From assembly GCA_951406725.2 (NCBI GenBank), contig OX597817.1, positions 94,550,001-94,614,000 on the forward strand: a DNA stretch of 64,000 bases. Reading direction: 5' to 3'. The notes beneath the pieces are model-generated. The model saw only the letters and a list, made by a program, of their open reading frames with translations, had not been told where the DNA came from and searched no databases. Source of the DNA: Octopus vulgaris (taxonomy: Eukaryota). How positions within the stretch are numbered: position 1 is the first letter of the stretch; each line of letters starts with the position of its first letter. Made by a program: the position numbers and the translations under genes. Shown piece after piece: positions 12,922 to 26,990 of the stretch.

Positions 12922-13138
12922 TACTCTTTTACTCTTTTAGTTGTTTCAGTCATTTGACTGCGGCCATGCTGGAGCACCACCTTTAGTCGAGCAAATCAAC
13001 CCCGGGACTTATTCTGTGTAAGCCCAGTACTTATTCTATCGGACTCTTTTGCCGAACCGCTAAGTGACGGGGACGTAAACACACCAGCATCGGTTATCAA
13101 GCAATGCTAGGGAGACAAACACAGACACACAAACATAT

Positions 13139-13197
<59 letters not shown>

Positions 13198-13348
13198 TAC
13201 GACAGGCTTCTTTCAGTTTCCGTCTACCAAATCCACTCACAAGGCATTGGTCGGCGCGGGTCTATAGCAGAAGACACTTGCCCAAGATGCCACGCAGTGG
13301 GACTGAACCCGGAACCACGTGGTTGGTAAGCAAGCTACTTACTACACA
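12922..13348 (-). mobile_element. tRNA-derived SINE
   Basis: B-box-like ggttcagtcc in the head, an internal microsatellite and an (aaaagagt)n tail. Multiple paralogs in the window. Confidence 0.8.
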
Positions 13349-13357
13349 TATATAATA

Positions 13358-13517
13358 ATGGCTGTGTGGCAAGAAGCTTGCTTCCCAACCACATGGTTCC
13401 GGGCTCAGTTCCACTGCGTGACACTTTGGGCGAGCGTCTTCTACTATAGCCTCGGGCCGACCAAAGCCTTGTGAGTGGATTTGGTAGACGGAAACTAAAA
13501 AGAGCCCGTCGTACTTA

Positions 13518-13563
<46 letters not shown>

Positions 13564-13796
13564 CGCGTGTGTGTGTGTGTGTGTGCGCGTGTGTGTGAGT
13601 TTCTGTTTGTCCACCCACCATCGCTTGACAACCACTGTTGGTATATTTACATCCCCGAAACTTAGCGGTTCGGCAAAAGTGACCGATTAAAATGTACTAC
13701 ACTTACAAAGAATAAGTCCTGGGGTCGATTCGTACGACTGAAGGGTGTGCTCCAGCATGACCGCTGTCAAGAATAAAAGTAAAAGAATAAAAGAAT
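13358..13796 (+). mobile_element. tRNA-derived SINE (head-to-head with the previous copy)
   Basis: tggctgtgtgg A-box, gggctcagttcc B-box, internal (TG)n and an aaagaat tail. Confidence 0.8.
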
Positions 13797-13886
13797 TATA
13801 TTATAATTTACCTATGAGGTTTTATTTCCGCACTGGCCACTTTGTAAAATCATTTATGATTTTGCTTTTTATTATTATTATTATTA

Positions 13887-13975
<89 letters not shown>

Positions 13976-13978
<3 letters not shown>

Positions 13979-14760
13979 TAGTTTTATTTTTATAGCGTGC
14001 TTTCACTTCACTACCGAGCACAGCTCTGTGTGCCTTGGGTATGTGCTGTGATTTGTTGTGATGCTCTGATGGTTATTGTATGGAAAGTGTTCTGTGTAGG
14101 ATGTGTGCAGTGCCTAGTAGTGCAATTTTCTGTATGTTATATGTGTTTGTAAGTCCTGGTGTTTTTGTTATGTATTTGTCTGAATATTTTTTTATCATGC
14201 CTAATGCACCTACTATGATAGGAATTGTTTCTGTTTTCAAATTCCACATTCTAGTTACCTCTGTTTCCAGGTCTTTGTATTTTGAGAGTTTCTCCATTTC
14301 TTTTAGAGACACGTTGTCATCAGCCGGTATTGATACATCAATTAGAAAGCATTTTTTTCTTCATGATCTCTGACAACTATATCTGGTCTGTTGGCCTTAA
14401 TTTCTCTATCTGTGTGTATCGGCATATCCCAGAGTATGGTTGCTTTCTCGTTTTCTGTGACCTTTTCTGGTGTGTGCCTATACCATCTTTTTTCTGTTGT
14501 TATTCCATAATGTTGGCATAGCTTCCAATGTATGTAGGTTCCAACTCTGTCATGTCTGTGAATATATTCCTTCTTGTCCATCTCCACATATTCTGCAGTT
14601 ACTTGTAATATTTCTTTTCATTACATGTTTTTGGTAATTTCTGGTGGGGAGGCTTTGGTCTTGTGCTGCAATTAAAAATCCCTCTGTTTCTGCTTTGAGT
14701 CCTGAGCTTCTCAACCATTGCTGGGATTTTTCTTTGTCTATTTCTTTTGCGTTTAGTTTA
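13976..14760 (-). mobile_element. Dong/R4-like LINE 3' fragment inserted in (TAA)n
   Basis: Peptides RHDRVGTYIHWKLC, ILWDMPIHTDREIKANRPDIVV, KLSKYKDL and IPIIVGALG (RLE domain). (TTA)n on both sides. Confidence 0.85.
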
Positions 14761-14791
14761 TTATTATTATTACTATTATTATTATTATTAC

Positions 14792-14822
<31 letters not shown>

Positions 14823-14850
14823 TTTTTTTTTTTATTATTATATATATATA

Positions 14851-14920
<70 letters not shown>

Positions 14921-15036
14921 GTAGTAGTAACAGAAAAGAGGAATTTCGATTATCCCTACGTTGTGATTTGTAATGTATATAAGAAATTAAAAAAGGAAAA
15001 TACGCTCACTTACATAGTTTTAATATAATTTTTAAT

Positions 15037-15071
15037 ATATCGACCGGTTTCGCTATCGCTATTCATGATAT
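15037..15071 (-). ncRNA. Minimal hammerhead motif with A3-U8 variant core
   Basis: ATATC-ATGAATA-GC gata GC-GAA-ACCGGT-C-GATAT, in an inverted pLTR segment (about 14920-15072) abutting PLE coding sequence. Confidence 0.65.
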
Positions 15072-15072
15072 T

Positions 15073-15664
15073 CAACACACAACCCCAGAAACAGTGAGGC
15101 ATTCAACACTATTGTGCAAACTGTCCCTTTACTAACTAGAGATCCAAAAATGAACGACATCCTGAAAACACACAAACTCATCAAATGCAAAGAACAAGAC
15201 AAATCGCTAAAGAGACTACTAACAAATGCGAAGCTTTATAAAACAACCACGAAACCAATGGTTGAAAAATGTGGACGCCCAAACTGTGGAACCTGCCCCA
15301 ACCTACTTGAAGGCTCGCATTTCCTTCTCAAACAAGGACAGAGGTTCACAAAACTAGTTTCACCTGTGCCTCTGAGAACCTAATTTATGTAATAACCTGC
15401 TCGGGTTGCGGTCATCAGTACATTGGACAAACGAGTATGACCTTGAGAAAGAGAATCACTCTACATAAGGAGCAAATCCGTTTCCCGCAATACAGACAAA
15501 TTCCTCTCAGTGAACACATAGAAAAATGTGCAGGTAACATCAAACCAAATGTCACAGTCTTCCCTTTCTACCAGTGCAAAGACGCAATCTCTCAACTAGA
15601 ACGTTTAAATAAAGAAACTTTTTTCATTGAAAAATACAAAACAAATCTTAATATGCACGCATAA
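15073..15664 (+). pseudogene. Penelope-like element C-terminus: Cys-rich linker plus GIY-YIG endonuclease (frameshifted)
   Basis: KCGRPNCGTC; TCASENLIYVITCSGCGHQYIGQTSMTLRKRITLH; SEHIEKC; RLNKETFFIEKYKTNLN. Confidence 0.85.
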
Positions 15665-16399
15665 CCAACTTTTATATTTTTACAATTTCCATTCACGATT
15701 AGATCACTGTACATAAATCCCCTACTAAACAAGGTTTTTAAAAACCTGTCTCTGTTCTGTACACATATTTAATCCCCACCCATTACCGAAAGCTGAGCAG
15801 TTATCTCCCTTACACACAACTATAACAATACTAACAACCAATTACCTCCCTTTATTTATCTACTTGTGATAAATTTCATCACACACAACATGGACCAACT
15901 TTCTTCTTAAGAAAAAGTATATACGCTCTTCCACAGAAAGGAACACAGAAAGAAACAAGGAGAGAAAATAAAGAGAGAAAATAAAGAATATCTAGTGGCT
16001 AGCGATCTACCAACATCGGTTGACAAGCGATGGAGGGAGGACAAAGACAGACACACGAACACACACACACACACACACATATGTATATAAATAAGGATAA
16101 GATCGTTATTTAAAATCCCGATCATATCAAGTGGCCAGTAATGTATATGTGTGTGTTTTTGTGTGTGTGTGTGTGTGTGTGTGTTCGTGTGTCTGTGTTT
16201 GTCCCCTTCCATCGCTTGTCAACCGGTGTTGGTGTGTTTATGTCCCTGTAACTTAGTGCTTCGGCAAAAGAGATCGATAGAATAAGTACCGGGATTACAA
16301 AGAATAAGTCCTGGGGTTGATTTCTTCGAATGAAAGGCATGGCCACAGTCTAATGACTGAAACAAATAAAAGAATAAAAGAATACAATCTACAGAGATA

Positions 16400-16690
16400 G
16401 TTTCTGTTGTTTTATTACTTGATTACGTTAGTTCTCAAGGCTTGTTGTTGAGTAGCAGAGATCAAGCCTTCTGTCTCCTTGAAAAATCTGTCTTAACCAT
16501 ATCCAGGGTTCTACATCAGCTACCGCTGATTTTCCACGTAGAACTTTCTCTTTCCAGTTATTGAACTTTTTCTCATAAGTTCCCTTTTTGTACTCCTAAG
16601 ATCCTTTTCTTCATTACAAATCACTTCACACATTGCGGCTTACCGCATCCAATTGTAGTTCTCCCTAAGACAGACATACAATGATGTGTA
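16400..16690 (-). pseudogene. R4/Dong-like LINE fragment
   Basis: Minus strand reads KETEGLISATQQQALRTN, the post-RT motif also seen in the 13976-14760 and 18740-19455 elements. Confidence 0.6.
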
Positions 16691-18464
16691 CTCCTTCCTA
16701 ACACTCTTTTCTTCGGGCTTTTGGTTTATATGTCACACTTGTTCGTTGACGTTTTTATTGATGTCTACCGCAACTCGTAGCATAACAAGAGAATTCCTAT
16801 CTTTTGTGAAGCAAAGTTGGTGGTGCAGGTTGCTGCTAAGAAAGGGCCCGAACAAAGTGAAAGGGACGCGTTCCACTGTTAGTCGGTCACTCTACTGTCA
16901 ATACCCGCTATGTGGAGGACTGGACATGCGTGTTCAGTCCTTTGTTCTAAAAGATTAACCCGTTCTTTCCAGCACTGTAAAATTTCAGCGACATGTATAT
17001 ATGTGTGTACATATATGCGCACATATATGCTTGTGTGAGTGTGGGCCTGTGTCTGTGTGTGAGCCTCTGTCTGTGAGCCTTTGTGTGTGCGTGTAAAAAT
17101 ATATGTAAGCGTATGTGTCCAAATCTGTCCATACGTGTATTTGTTTGTGTGGACGTGTTGCGTAGGTTTCTTAGAATATATGTGCATATGCGTTTATGGG
17201 GCTATACTTACCAACACACGGATATATATATAGATATATACAAATATACATACATACATGCATACGTACACACATATATAAGACCTAATGGATATACTGT
17301 TTGTAACTTCTCATTTACTTTTCTTTGTTACCTTATTGCTTTAACACACACACACAAACACACACATACATACACACACACATATATCTTTGTTTCTCCT
17401 TTATAAATACCAAAATGATATTAACCTCATACAGTATATGAAGGTATTTTCCACATACCCAAAAATGATTTTAATGAGACTCATATTTATTGTCATTATT
17501 AGTGGATAAATATAAAATCGTTACATAGTAAATACATAGTATTTGTCATCTCATGCACTATGTTCAGCTATATAATGATAGATCAGTTTCTAGTGTTTGT
17601 AACTCTGAAAACTTTTATAAGAACCAGGCTTGAAAATATACTCCGAAGCTTGAAGAAAAGAAAAATCTAAAATCAGCTTCGATGGAAATGTATTATGAAA
17701 ATGTGTAAATAATGTGAAAATAAAGTTGTAAAGATGGGATTACTTGAATGGGACTGTATTTGTTCTTGTTTGACAATATGTAAATAAATGTCCAGCACTA
17801 ATTCGCTAAAGGATATACAAATATCTTGACTTCCTTTAATACATATTTGAGTTCGTTCAATATTTCAGTAAACTGATACACCATGAAGAATTAAAAGGTC
17901 TGGCGCTTTGGATATGTGTTCATCCTCAGAGACAGAGAATATATAAAGGCATTTGTGATCTTTGTTGCAAAATTGTCATCTGACTTATGTTTTCATTTTA
18001 CTCTGACAACCACTACCATCACCCCACTTCCCTCTGATTTATTGTACAAGCATAAGTTTATCTTAAGAATTTGGTTCTGTTTACATCATTAAGATACAAT
18101 ATTCATGCTCCCTTTTGCGGGGAACATAAGCGATCATCATCAACATATTATCTCCAATATCGTCAATACTCGAATCTAACATGACACTAGGACACCACTA
18201 ACGGTCACTGGAGATTCTCTTCATTCACTCCAGTTTTCGACATCATCTGAGAGATACAGATCATAACAACTCATTCTACAATCTATCTTACTGTCAACGA
18301 ATTCTTCCAAGAGGATCACGACAACATTTTAATAGATCGTCCACCATTCACACAATCCAACACTTCTGATAACCTCACCAACGGAACACCGAACTGCATT
18401 ACTTCCGCAGATTGGAGCGAGAAAAGAGACTAAGTGACGTGAATGACTTCTTTAAAATGATTAT

Positions 18465-18720
18465 AAATTTCCAAACTTTGTCACAAGGCCAGTAATTTCG
18501 GGGGAGAGAGTAAATCGATTACATCAACCTCAAAGTTCAACTGGTATTTATTCTATCGACCCTGAAAGAATGAAAGGCAAAGTCAACCTTGGCGGAAGTT
18601 GAACTCAGAACGTAAAAACGGACGAAATGCCCGGCTTACTAAATATTCTGCCAGTTCCACGCTTTGGCTAATTCAAAATATTGGTTTCAAATTTTGGCAC
18701 AAGGCCAGCCACTTTGTGAG
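18465..18720 (-). mobile_element. Second SINE family (Nin-domain-like); another decayed copy at about 50830-50970 (+)
   Basis: atcgaccctgaaagaatgaaaggcaaagtcaaccttggcggaagttgaactc includes an inverted B-box. The Nin-domain assignment is from recall. Confidence 0.55.
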
Positions 18721-18739
18721 AGAGATATATCGACTCCAA

Positions 18740-19455
18740 TGCTCATGGCTGACGGCCGGTAACTTGAAACGAGAAATCGAAGCGCTAATTATGACCATTC
18801 AGCAACAAGCCATTGAGATAAATCACATAAAGGCAAATATTGACAAAACTCAGAGAGGGAGCCAACGCTGAATCTGTGGGAAAGGAGACGAAAGCATCAA
18901 CAATCTTGAATGAAAGCAGGAAAGCTGCACAAAAAGAATGAAAGAGCAAGCACGACTGCATAAATAAAAGAGTGCATTGAAATGTTAACCAAGTGTGTGG
19001 CTTCGAAATAACAGAAAATTGGTATGAACATGAACCAGAGGATGTGACAAAATATAAATTACAGGATTTTATGGGACTTTTCCATAAAGATGACCATATT
19101 ATTGAAGCAAGGAAACTAGATATTACTATAAAGAGGACAAAAGGAACAATATATGATCACAGACTTCACAATACCATATAATAGGATGGATGCGGAAGAA
19201 GTTGAAAAACTAAGAAATATTAGATCCTAGTCTGAGAGATGAAGAGATTGTGGAAGACTAAGCTGACAATTGTTTCTTTGGTAATTGGTGTATTCGGTAC
19301 AAGACCCAAATTGCTACCTAACAGAGTGAAAGAGAGAAAAGTGAAAAACATGTATTCTGAAAATATTCAAAGAGGGCTTCTTGAGGTTTGAGAAAACTTG
19401 TCACAAATCCTCAGTGCGACTTGCTAACTAAGGTTGCATATAATAGTTTCAATAA
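18740..19455 (+). pseudogene. Decayed R4/Dong-like LINE 3' part
   Basis: WLTAGNLKREIEALIMTIQQQAI; ENWYEHEPE; DHIIEARKLDI. Ends in taataata. Confidence 0.7.
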
Positions 19456-19586
19456 TACTTTATTTACCACAGTGGCGATATTGAATGACATCGCAATGGT
19501 AGAATGATAAAACAGTGTTTCGGTGATAAAGAAATCGAAGGAAAATATGTAATAATTAGAATGAAAGGAAAAATATACATGCATTT

Positions 19587-19686
<100 letters not shown>

Positions 19687-20220
19687 TTATATTTCGGAAT
19701 GGTCATTTTGCCAGTTTAGCCGATAAAAACACACGCACTATATATTTGGTGTTATTTTGCTTCAGTGTTATATATTTTTTACATTAATCTTAATCTTATT
19801 TCGGCCAGAGTTCTTTCGTCACACTCCTGTGACCGCATCAGTGGTCCTTTGTTTTCTTCTTTCTTATTTGTGTCTCTCCTTACTAACCGTCAGCCATTTT
19901 GTATTTCTATTGTATGTCTTCATTTGCGCATGCTTATATCTCTATGTGCGTTTATGTTTATTTAGTGTGTGTATGTGGGGGATGCCTGTAATATTTGGAT
20001 CTTCTGTTTATATATGTTCATGTAATTTGTATTTTGTTTTTGTTGTTTTTGTTTATTCTTATTTTGTTCATGTGTTCACATCCACTAATTATTATCATTA
20101 CATATGCTTGTATGTATAACAACAATACTATTAATAATAATAATAAATCGAATCGAAAAAAAAATATATATATATATAAAAATATCTACATATATATATA
20201 TATATAGATAGATATATATC

Positions 20221-20279
<59 letters not shown>

Positions 20280-20879
20280 CTATTTATTTCTATTAGTTTA
20301 TTTATCTGTGTATTTATTATGTTTTCAGGATCCTCTATTGTCATATGTTGTGGTGTGTGTTAGTGCTCCATTCTAGTTTTCTATTCAGGCTAGGTTTATT
20401 TTCTATTATGTGTGTAGCTTCTGTAATTTGTCTAATTGTTGCATCTGATCTATGTGTGGATAATATTTTAATTTCTATGTTATTGATTGATCCCCCGTGT
20501 TCTTGTTCGGCATGTTGGTACAGAATCGATGTGCTTTTATCTTCCTTGAGTTGTCTCCAATGCCCATTTACCCGCTCTCCTATGCTTCTTGCCGTTTCCC
20601 CTACGTATGTTGTTGTCTTGTTACTGCATCGTCCCTCTATACATCTTATACTATAGACTACATTTCTGGCTTTACAGTTTGTGGGCTAAATCTACATACA
20701 GTACAGTACTTATCCGTACAGGGGGTTCTACTAAAAGGATAGGTTCTACCAATTATAGATTTGATAGGGTTGCCTGGCTTTTCAACAACCTTAATTCTTA
20801 GCTTAATTTTGTCTGAATGAAGGATTTGGGTTTTATTATTCACAATTTCTAGCCAGAGTTCGGTGTCTAGTACTATGCC

Positions 20880-21790
20880 AAACCAATGGCCTCAAAATAC
20901 TTGACCACCGGAACTCAGCCATTGCGGACAATGCCAAATTCAATATCTTGATGGCAGACCTCGTCAGAATAATGAGAAACGTGTCACGCATGTGCGAGCC
21001 TACAGAGTTAAAGAGACACATACAATATTTCATTCACCGCATTCAGTTCTCAGGTTACAGCCATAAAGAAAGGATCAGAGTATACAAAGGAGCCATTAAG
21101 AAATTTGATAATATATTATGTAATGATAGGAATGGGATTTGCCCACTCTATAGGAACAAGTCATGGAACACTATAGAAAGGACAAAAAAGAAAATAGGGA
21201 AGGCCAACTCTTGGTATGATAGCCATAAATACCAGAGTGTCATGTTCGTTGACACCACCCCTGGAGGTGAACTGGCGTACCGCTTTAGAAGGACCCTAGA
21301 CAAAATTAAGCTAAGAATTGAGGTTGTTGAATAGTCAGGCAACCCTATCAAATCTATAATTGTTGGAACCTATCCTTTTAGTAGAACCCCCTGTACGGAT
21401 AAGTACTGTACTGTATGTAGATTTAGCCCACAAACTGTAAAGCCAGAAATGTAGTCTATAGTATAAGATGTATAGAGGGACGATGCAGTAACAAGACAAC
21501 GACATACGTAGGGGAAACGGCAAGAAGCATAGGAGAGCGGGTAAATGGGCATTAGAGACAACTCAAGGAAGGTAAAAGCACATCGATTCTGTACCAACAT
21601 GTCGAACAGGAACACGGGGGATCAATCAATAACATAGAAATTAAAATATTATCCACATATAGATCAGATGCAACAATGAGACAAATTACAGAAGCTACAC
21701 ACATAATAGAAAATAAACCTAGCCTGAATAGAAAACTAGAATGGAGCACCAACACACACCACAACATATGACAATAGAGGATCCTGAAAA
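20880..21790 (+). pseudogene. PLE RT C-terminus plus Zn-finger linker plus GIY-YIG endonuclease
   Basis: LVRIMRN..QFSGYS..VMFVDTTPGGELA..PCTDKYCTVC; then in a shifted frame NCKARNVVYSIRC..TYVGETARSIGER..RQITEATHI..LNRKLEW. Confidence 0.8.
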
Positions 21791-21833
21791 CATAATAAAT
21801 ACACAGAAAAATAAACTAATAGAAATAAATAGC

Positions 21834-21866
<33 letters not shown>

Positions 21867-22239
21867 AGATATATATCTATATATATATATGTAGATATTT
21901 TTTTAATTTATATATATATATATTTTGTTTTCGATTCGATTTATTATTATTATTAATAGTATTGTTGTTATACATACAAGCATATGTAATGATAATAATA
22001 AGTGGATGTAAACACATGAACAAAATAAGAATAAACAAAAACAACAAAAACAAAATACAAATTACATGAACATATATAAACAGAAGATCCAAATATTACA
22101 GGCATCCCCCACATACACACACTAAATATACATAAACGCACATAGAGATATAAGCATGCGCAAATGAAGACATACAATAGAAATACAAAATGGCTGACGG
22201 TTAGTAAGGAGAGACACAAATAAGAAAGAAGAAAACAAA

Positions 22240-22284
22240 GGACCACTGATGCGGTCACAGGAGTGTGACGAAAGAACTCTGGCC
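22240..22284 (+). ncRNA. Hammerhead-like motif with A9C variant (mirror copy at 19803-19847, minus strand)
   Basis: ggaCCA-CTGATGC-g-GTCAC aggagt GTGAC-GAA-AG aa CT-C-TGGcc, identical in both arms. Confidence 0.6.
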
Positions 22285-22459
22285 GAAATAAGATTAAGAT
22301 TAATGTAAAAAATAAATAACACTGAAGCAAAATAACACCAAATATATAGTGCGTGTGTTTTTATTGGCTAAACTGGCAAAATGACCATTCCGAAACATAA
22401 CAATATCTGTTTCAACACACGACTTCACATAAAAAATCTTGCACAACAAATATTTAAAC

Positions 22460-22503
<44 letters not shown>

Positions 22504-22949
22504 GTAAATGTAAGACCAGCAAGTTAGGCAAGTCGATATACAAAAAATATTATATACATTTAATACAAAAAATGTACCTATGTATACATATAAAAAACGT
22601 CCGACTTACATTTTACATAGAATGGAAATGATATCAGAAATTAAGGGGGCTGGGTAGGAGTTTTACGATTCCAACAGCTGTTTCTGGGGGCTTGGTGGTC
22701 CAAAATAATGCTTGTCATTGGATACCGCTAGCCTCTATCTTCAGGGAACAAGTTTACATTTGAAGTGTTGACAGAATGGAGATTAAAGATGGACTTGCCT
22801 AACTTGCTGGTCCTTACATTTACTCCGCTATCTGCTCAAGTTCAAATCTCTTGAGCACTATGAAGTGTATTCTATACAGAGAAAACCTGTCTCTAGTCTA
22901 TGAACTATATATATATGCATATATATATATATACATACGTATGTATGTG

Positions 22950-23790
22950 TGTGATTTTTCTTTGAGCTTTATTTAAGTCCTTCGCTAGAGGCTTCAAGTT
23001 GGTCGCTAACAAAGCGGCAAGACATTATAATTTAAGAGAGACCGCAAAGTTTTTTTTTTAATGTGATTGGTCTGGTGTGTTGGTGGAACTGTTCACATAA
23101 GAATCTCAGCTGGAAAATTTTGGCAATGTTTTCACTGGGTTACTAATCTGTATCAGTTGCGTTTGCTCTTTTTCCGTGAAACCGAGTATTTCTAAGATTT
23201 TGTGCAAATTTCTTGGTACATAACCTAATGCACCTATGGTGATAGGTACAAATGAGAATTCATAGTCAGGATACAGAGCTGGAAGTTCCGCATTAATTTG
23301 CCATAAATGTTCTCTTTTTCCTGGACTTTTGATTGTACATTCACATATGCTGGGCAGCTAACCTCTACAATAGTGCGTGACTTATATACATTTAATACAA
23401 AAAATGTACCTATGTATACATATAAAAAACGTCCGACTTACATTTTACATAGAATGGAAATGATATCAGAAATTAAGGGGGCTGGGTAGGAGTTTTACGA
23501 GTCCAACAGCTGTTTCTGGGGGCTTGGTGGTCCAAAAAATTTGTTCCCTGTCCCACAGATCAATATCAAATCTGGAATGCTTGCACCGAACTGATGTTTT
23601 TATCAGGGTGTTCCACCAGTATTTGTTTTTAAAGGTGTGAATACCTGCTGGTTCTGACATGCTTTTGATGCATGTGGAAGGCCTCGTTTCTGCCATTCGA
23701 CGGTGGGTGTACATTCGACAGGTAACTTCTCCAAATATCTTTTTCTTTGTATATCCATGAATTTCAATAACCTAATGTGGAAAACCCTCG
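22950..23790 (-). pseudogene. R4-like RLE LINE 3' fragment split by a ~160-bp insertion
   Basis: KYWWNTLIKTSVRCKHSRFDIDLWDREQ, then an insert at about 23377-23538 (a copy of about 22550-22705), then IVEVSCPAYVN..KENIY..VPITIGALG. Confidence 0.7.
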
Positions 23791-23799
23791 CGATTAAGT

Positions 23800-26700
23800 C
23801 GTGTCGATGATGGGGTTTTTACCCTAGCAGAAGGTTTTCAGTAACTTCAATCCACTTAGGATTGCTTGTGAATGTAAAGAAAAGGTCTGGAGAACCAAAG
23901 TTTCTAACATAGACCATAGCGTCTTGTGTTTTTTCGTGCATGTACCTTGGTCCACCGGTGAAGGAAGCCGGGAGAATAATTTTGTGGCCGACATTTTGAA
24001 TGTCATCATCATTGGCAATAGCACCCCGCAAGTGGATGTAGGATTCAGCACGAAGTTTTTGTCGGTTATTTTTTATATAAAGAAGGTGCTCTCTCTCTCC
24101 ACTTTAGCGTACATGTCTACCATGAACTGCTGAAAAAGGTCACGACATTTGAGTAAGTGACTGACCGGCTCACGAACCATGATCATGAAGTCATTGCTAC
24201 TGACAGACTTAATTTGATAATTATGTCCGGTTAGTGGATCAAATTGAGGTATGCCGAAGTGATAGTCATCTTGCCCTTCCCAGAATATGGTTGGGTACTG
24301 TATGAACGATGAGTCTCAGGAATCCTTCGTAATGTATGGTCACGTGAGTGGATAACAATATCTGTGGTCACATTGATCGCCAACTAAGATACAGGCGACC
24401 TCTTCAGTGGTGGGAGCATTGTATGCTATCCATCGGGGGTTTTTTTGTCGGCTCTTATAGCTAGGATGATGTCATTTGAAATTTGTGCCCGTTCTACAGC
24501 AACTTTGATCTGTCGAATCAGATTACTGTGGGCCAAAAATATGATCTACAGAACAGAAACGATGTCCTCATGCAAGGTTGTTATTATCTGGCAGCCTCTC
24601 CTTAACTGCTGCTGGTTGTTCCCACAAAGTAAATTTGCAGAAATTTGGCCTGCTAATCGTTGGATGGCAGAAGCGACCCTATCAAGGGGTACACCTGTCT
24701 TTAAACTCTAAGTGTCATCTGAATTCCTTCTTTGGCTAGTTGTTTAGTCGCACCAAAAGATGTAATCTGGAAAGCGAAATTGTAGCGTAGGAGAATAAGT
24801 GCTTTGATTCTGTAGTACACCCATCTAGCAAGTCAAATAATAGCTGTGGAGGAGGTTGTAAAAGAGGAATCTGAACCTTGTCTCCAGAGCAACACATTCC
24901 AGGACTTCTCACGTAAACTTCTTTGCCCCACAGAGGCTGCACAGATGCGATAGCCCGCCTGCTCTTACAGCAGGATCTTCACTGTAATCTAAATTAGGAT
25001 CATATCTAAGAGCCGATATCTCTTCACAAAATTCACCTTCCATTGGTACATGCTTGGGGGCAGCAGGCATTATATGTTGGACACTCGAACTCGTTATAGC
25101 AACACTGTCTTTACGGTGATTTGTCCTAAGAGACGCTTACTTATTGGATGCTTGTAAGAGGCGGTGGGCACGCTGTTGGTGAGACTCATCTGCTCGGCTT
25201 GTTGCAGTTCTATATCTAAGGCGTGCCAAACGGTGTTCCTGAGACTCAGCAGATCCGGCTGCTGCAATTATACGTCTGTTTCGTAGTAAATGTATCGAAC
25301 GTGCTTCTTGAAACTTTGCTGCACTGATTACTGCAGTTCTACGTCTGTTTCGCAGAAGACATTTCAACGTATATTTCGAAGAGACTCAGCTGCTCGCGTT
25401 GCTTCTGAAGTGCAACGATTATGAAAAAGATGCACCTGGTGGTCAACCCCAGACTCGGATGCCCGTGTTGGTGTTTTTCTATACCTGGTTTTTGAAAGTC
25501 GTTGCAATCGCTCACTTTGAGACTATGACGCTCGCATTGCTGCAGCTCTTTGTCTATTAAAGAGTAGGCGCTGTTCTTGAGCACGAACAGAGGTAGTATC
25601 CTTTGCGAACCTTGTTTGTGGAGATAAATTGGAATGTCTTCGTTTTGGCGGCATGGCTGAAAAGAGCGAACGATTAAGGAACATATAAGATGGAAGACAT
25701 ATCAATTTGAAGTTGTGCATTGTATAATCCGATTTTTTAGTAAGGAATGAAGAGATGTAGAAAAATTCACATGTCAATTTGTATGCCGTTTTCATGAGAA
25801 GCGGTAAACTCTCAATGATTTGGCTATGTTCTGTGTTGATAAGCGTAATGCTTTCTGTTAGCAGATATATAATGGAGTGGATTAATGGCGTAATGGAAGT
25901 TATTGTTTGTCCAGAAGTGAAGTGGGGAGGTACAATTTGCATGAAAGTGATTTATGTTCTTCGGAGATATCACAAACTATGTAGTTTCATCGAATAAAAA
26001 GGGCTTAGTATAATTTTGCACAGAAATCATGTTTTCAAAATTATAATTTCCCCTCCCCAACGGAATGTCTTAATTTTTAACTGTTTTTCGAATTTTGTTT
26101 GTTATCCACGTATAAATATAGAGATTTCGAATGTGGGAAATATAATTTGTTGTTGAAAGTTTAACGTTTCTGAAAGGAATACTGAATGACCCTTTCCCCA
26201 TCTCGGCCACTCATCAGCTACCCACTTTGGGGCGAAATGCAAATGTCCTGTATGGAAAACATAGGAATGTGAGTAAATTGAGGAAAGAAATAAAGTGGGG
26301 TGGGAACTTTAACACTGTGTGTGTGCGCGCGCGCCAAAGGAAGTTATTTTTGCATACCTTTCTTAATTCCAATTAATTAGTGGAGGTTGTGAATTGTTGA
26401 CAGTCTGAGATCTCCGTAAATTATAATCAGAAATTGATAGAGAGAGATAATGCCTAATTCTACGCTTGCATGAAACATGGGACGAAAGTGAAAATGACCT
26501 GAAAAATTGTGCGACACGACCTCGGTTCTGCGGTTCTCAGCATCCCCTTCTCTCCCGCTTTCCCCCTCTCTTTGTGCCGGCTTTCTTTCACTTTCAACTA
26601 TGGAACATACATAGGGTATGAAACATTCTCATCCGCTATCCGTCTTTCAACTTCTCCTTTAGAAACTTGTTTTCTGTCTCTGTTTATTTCTCTTGTCTCT

Positions 26701-26892
26701 CTGTCTTTTTCTTATTTTGCTTTTTTCTCGGTCATTCCGTAAAAATTTATTTGTTTATGCTTTGATGAGAGCAGAAATTGAAAGGAAAGCGAAAGCGAAA
26801 AGGGGAGAGAGAGCAGAAAGTGAAGGAGATGAGAAAGTGGAAGATGAATGTACGGGTATATGAAATGGATGTGTTTGTTTGTTTGTTTGTTT

Positions 26893-26990
<98 letters not shown>

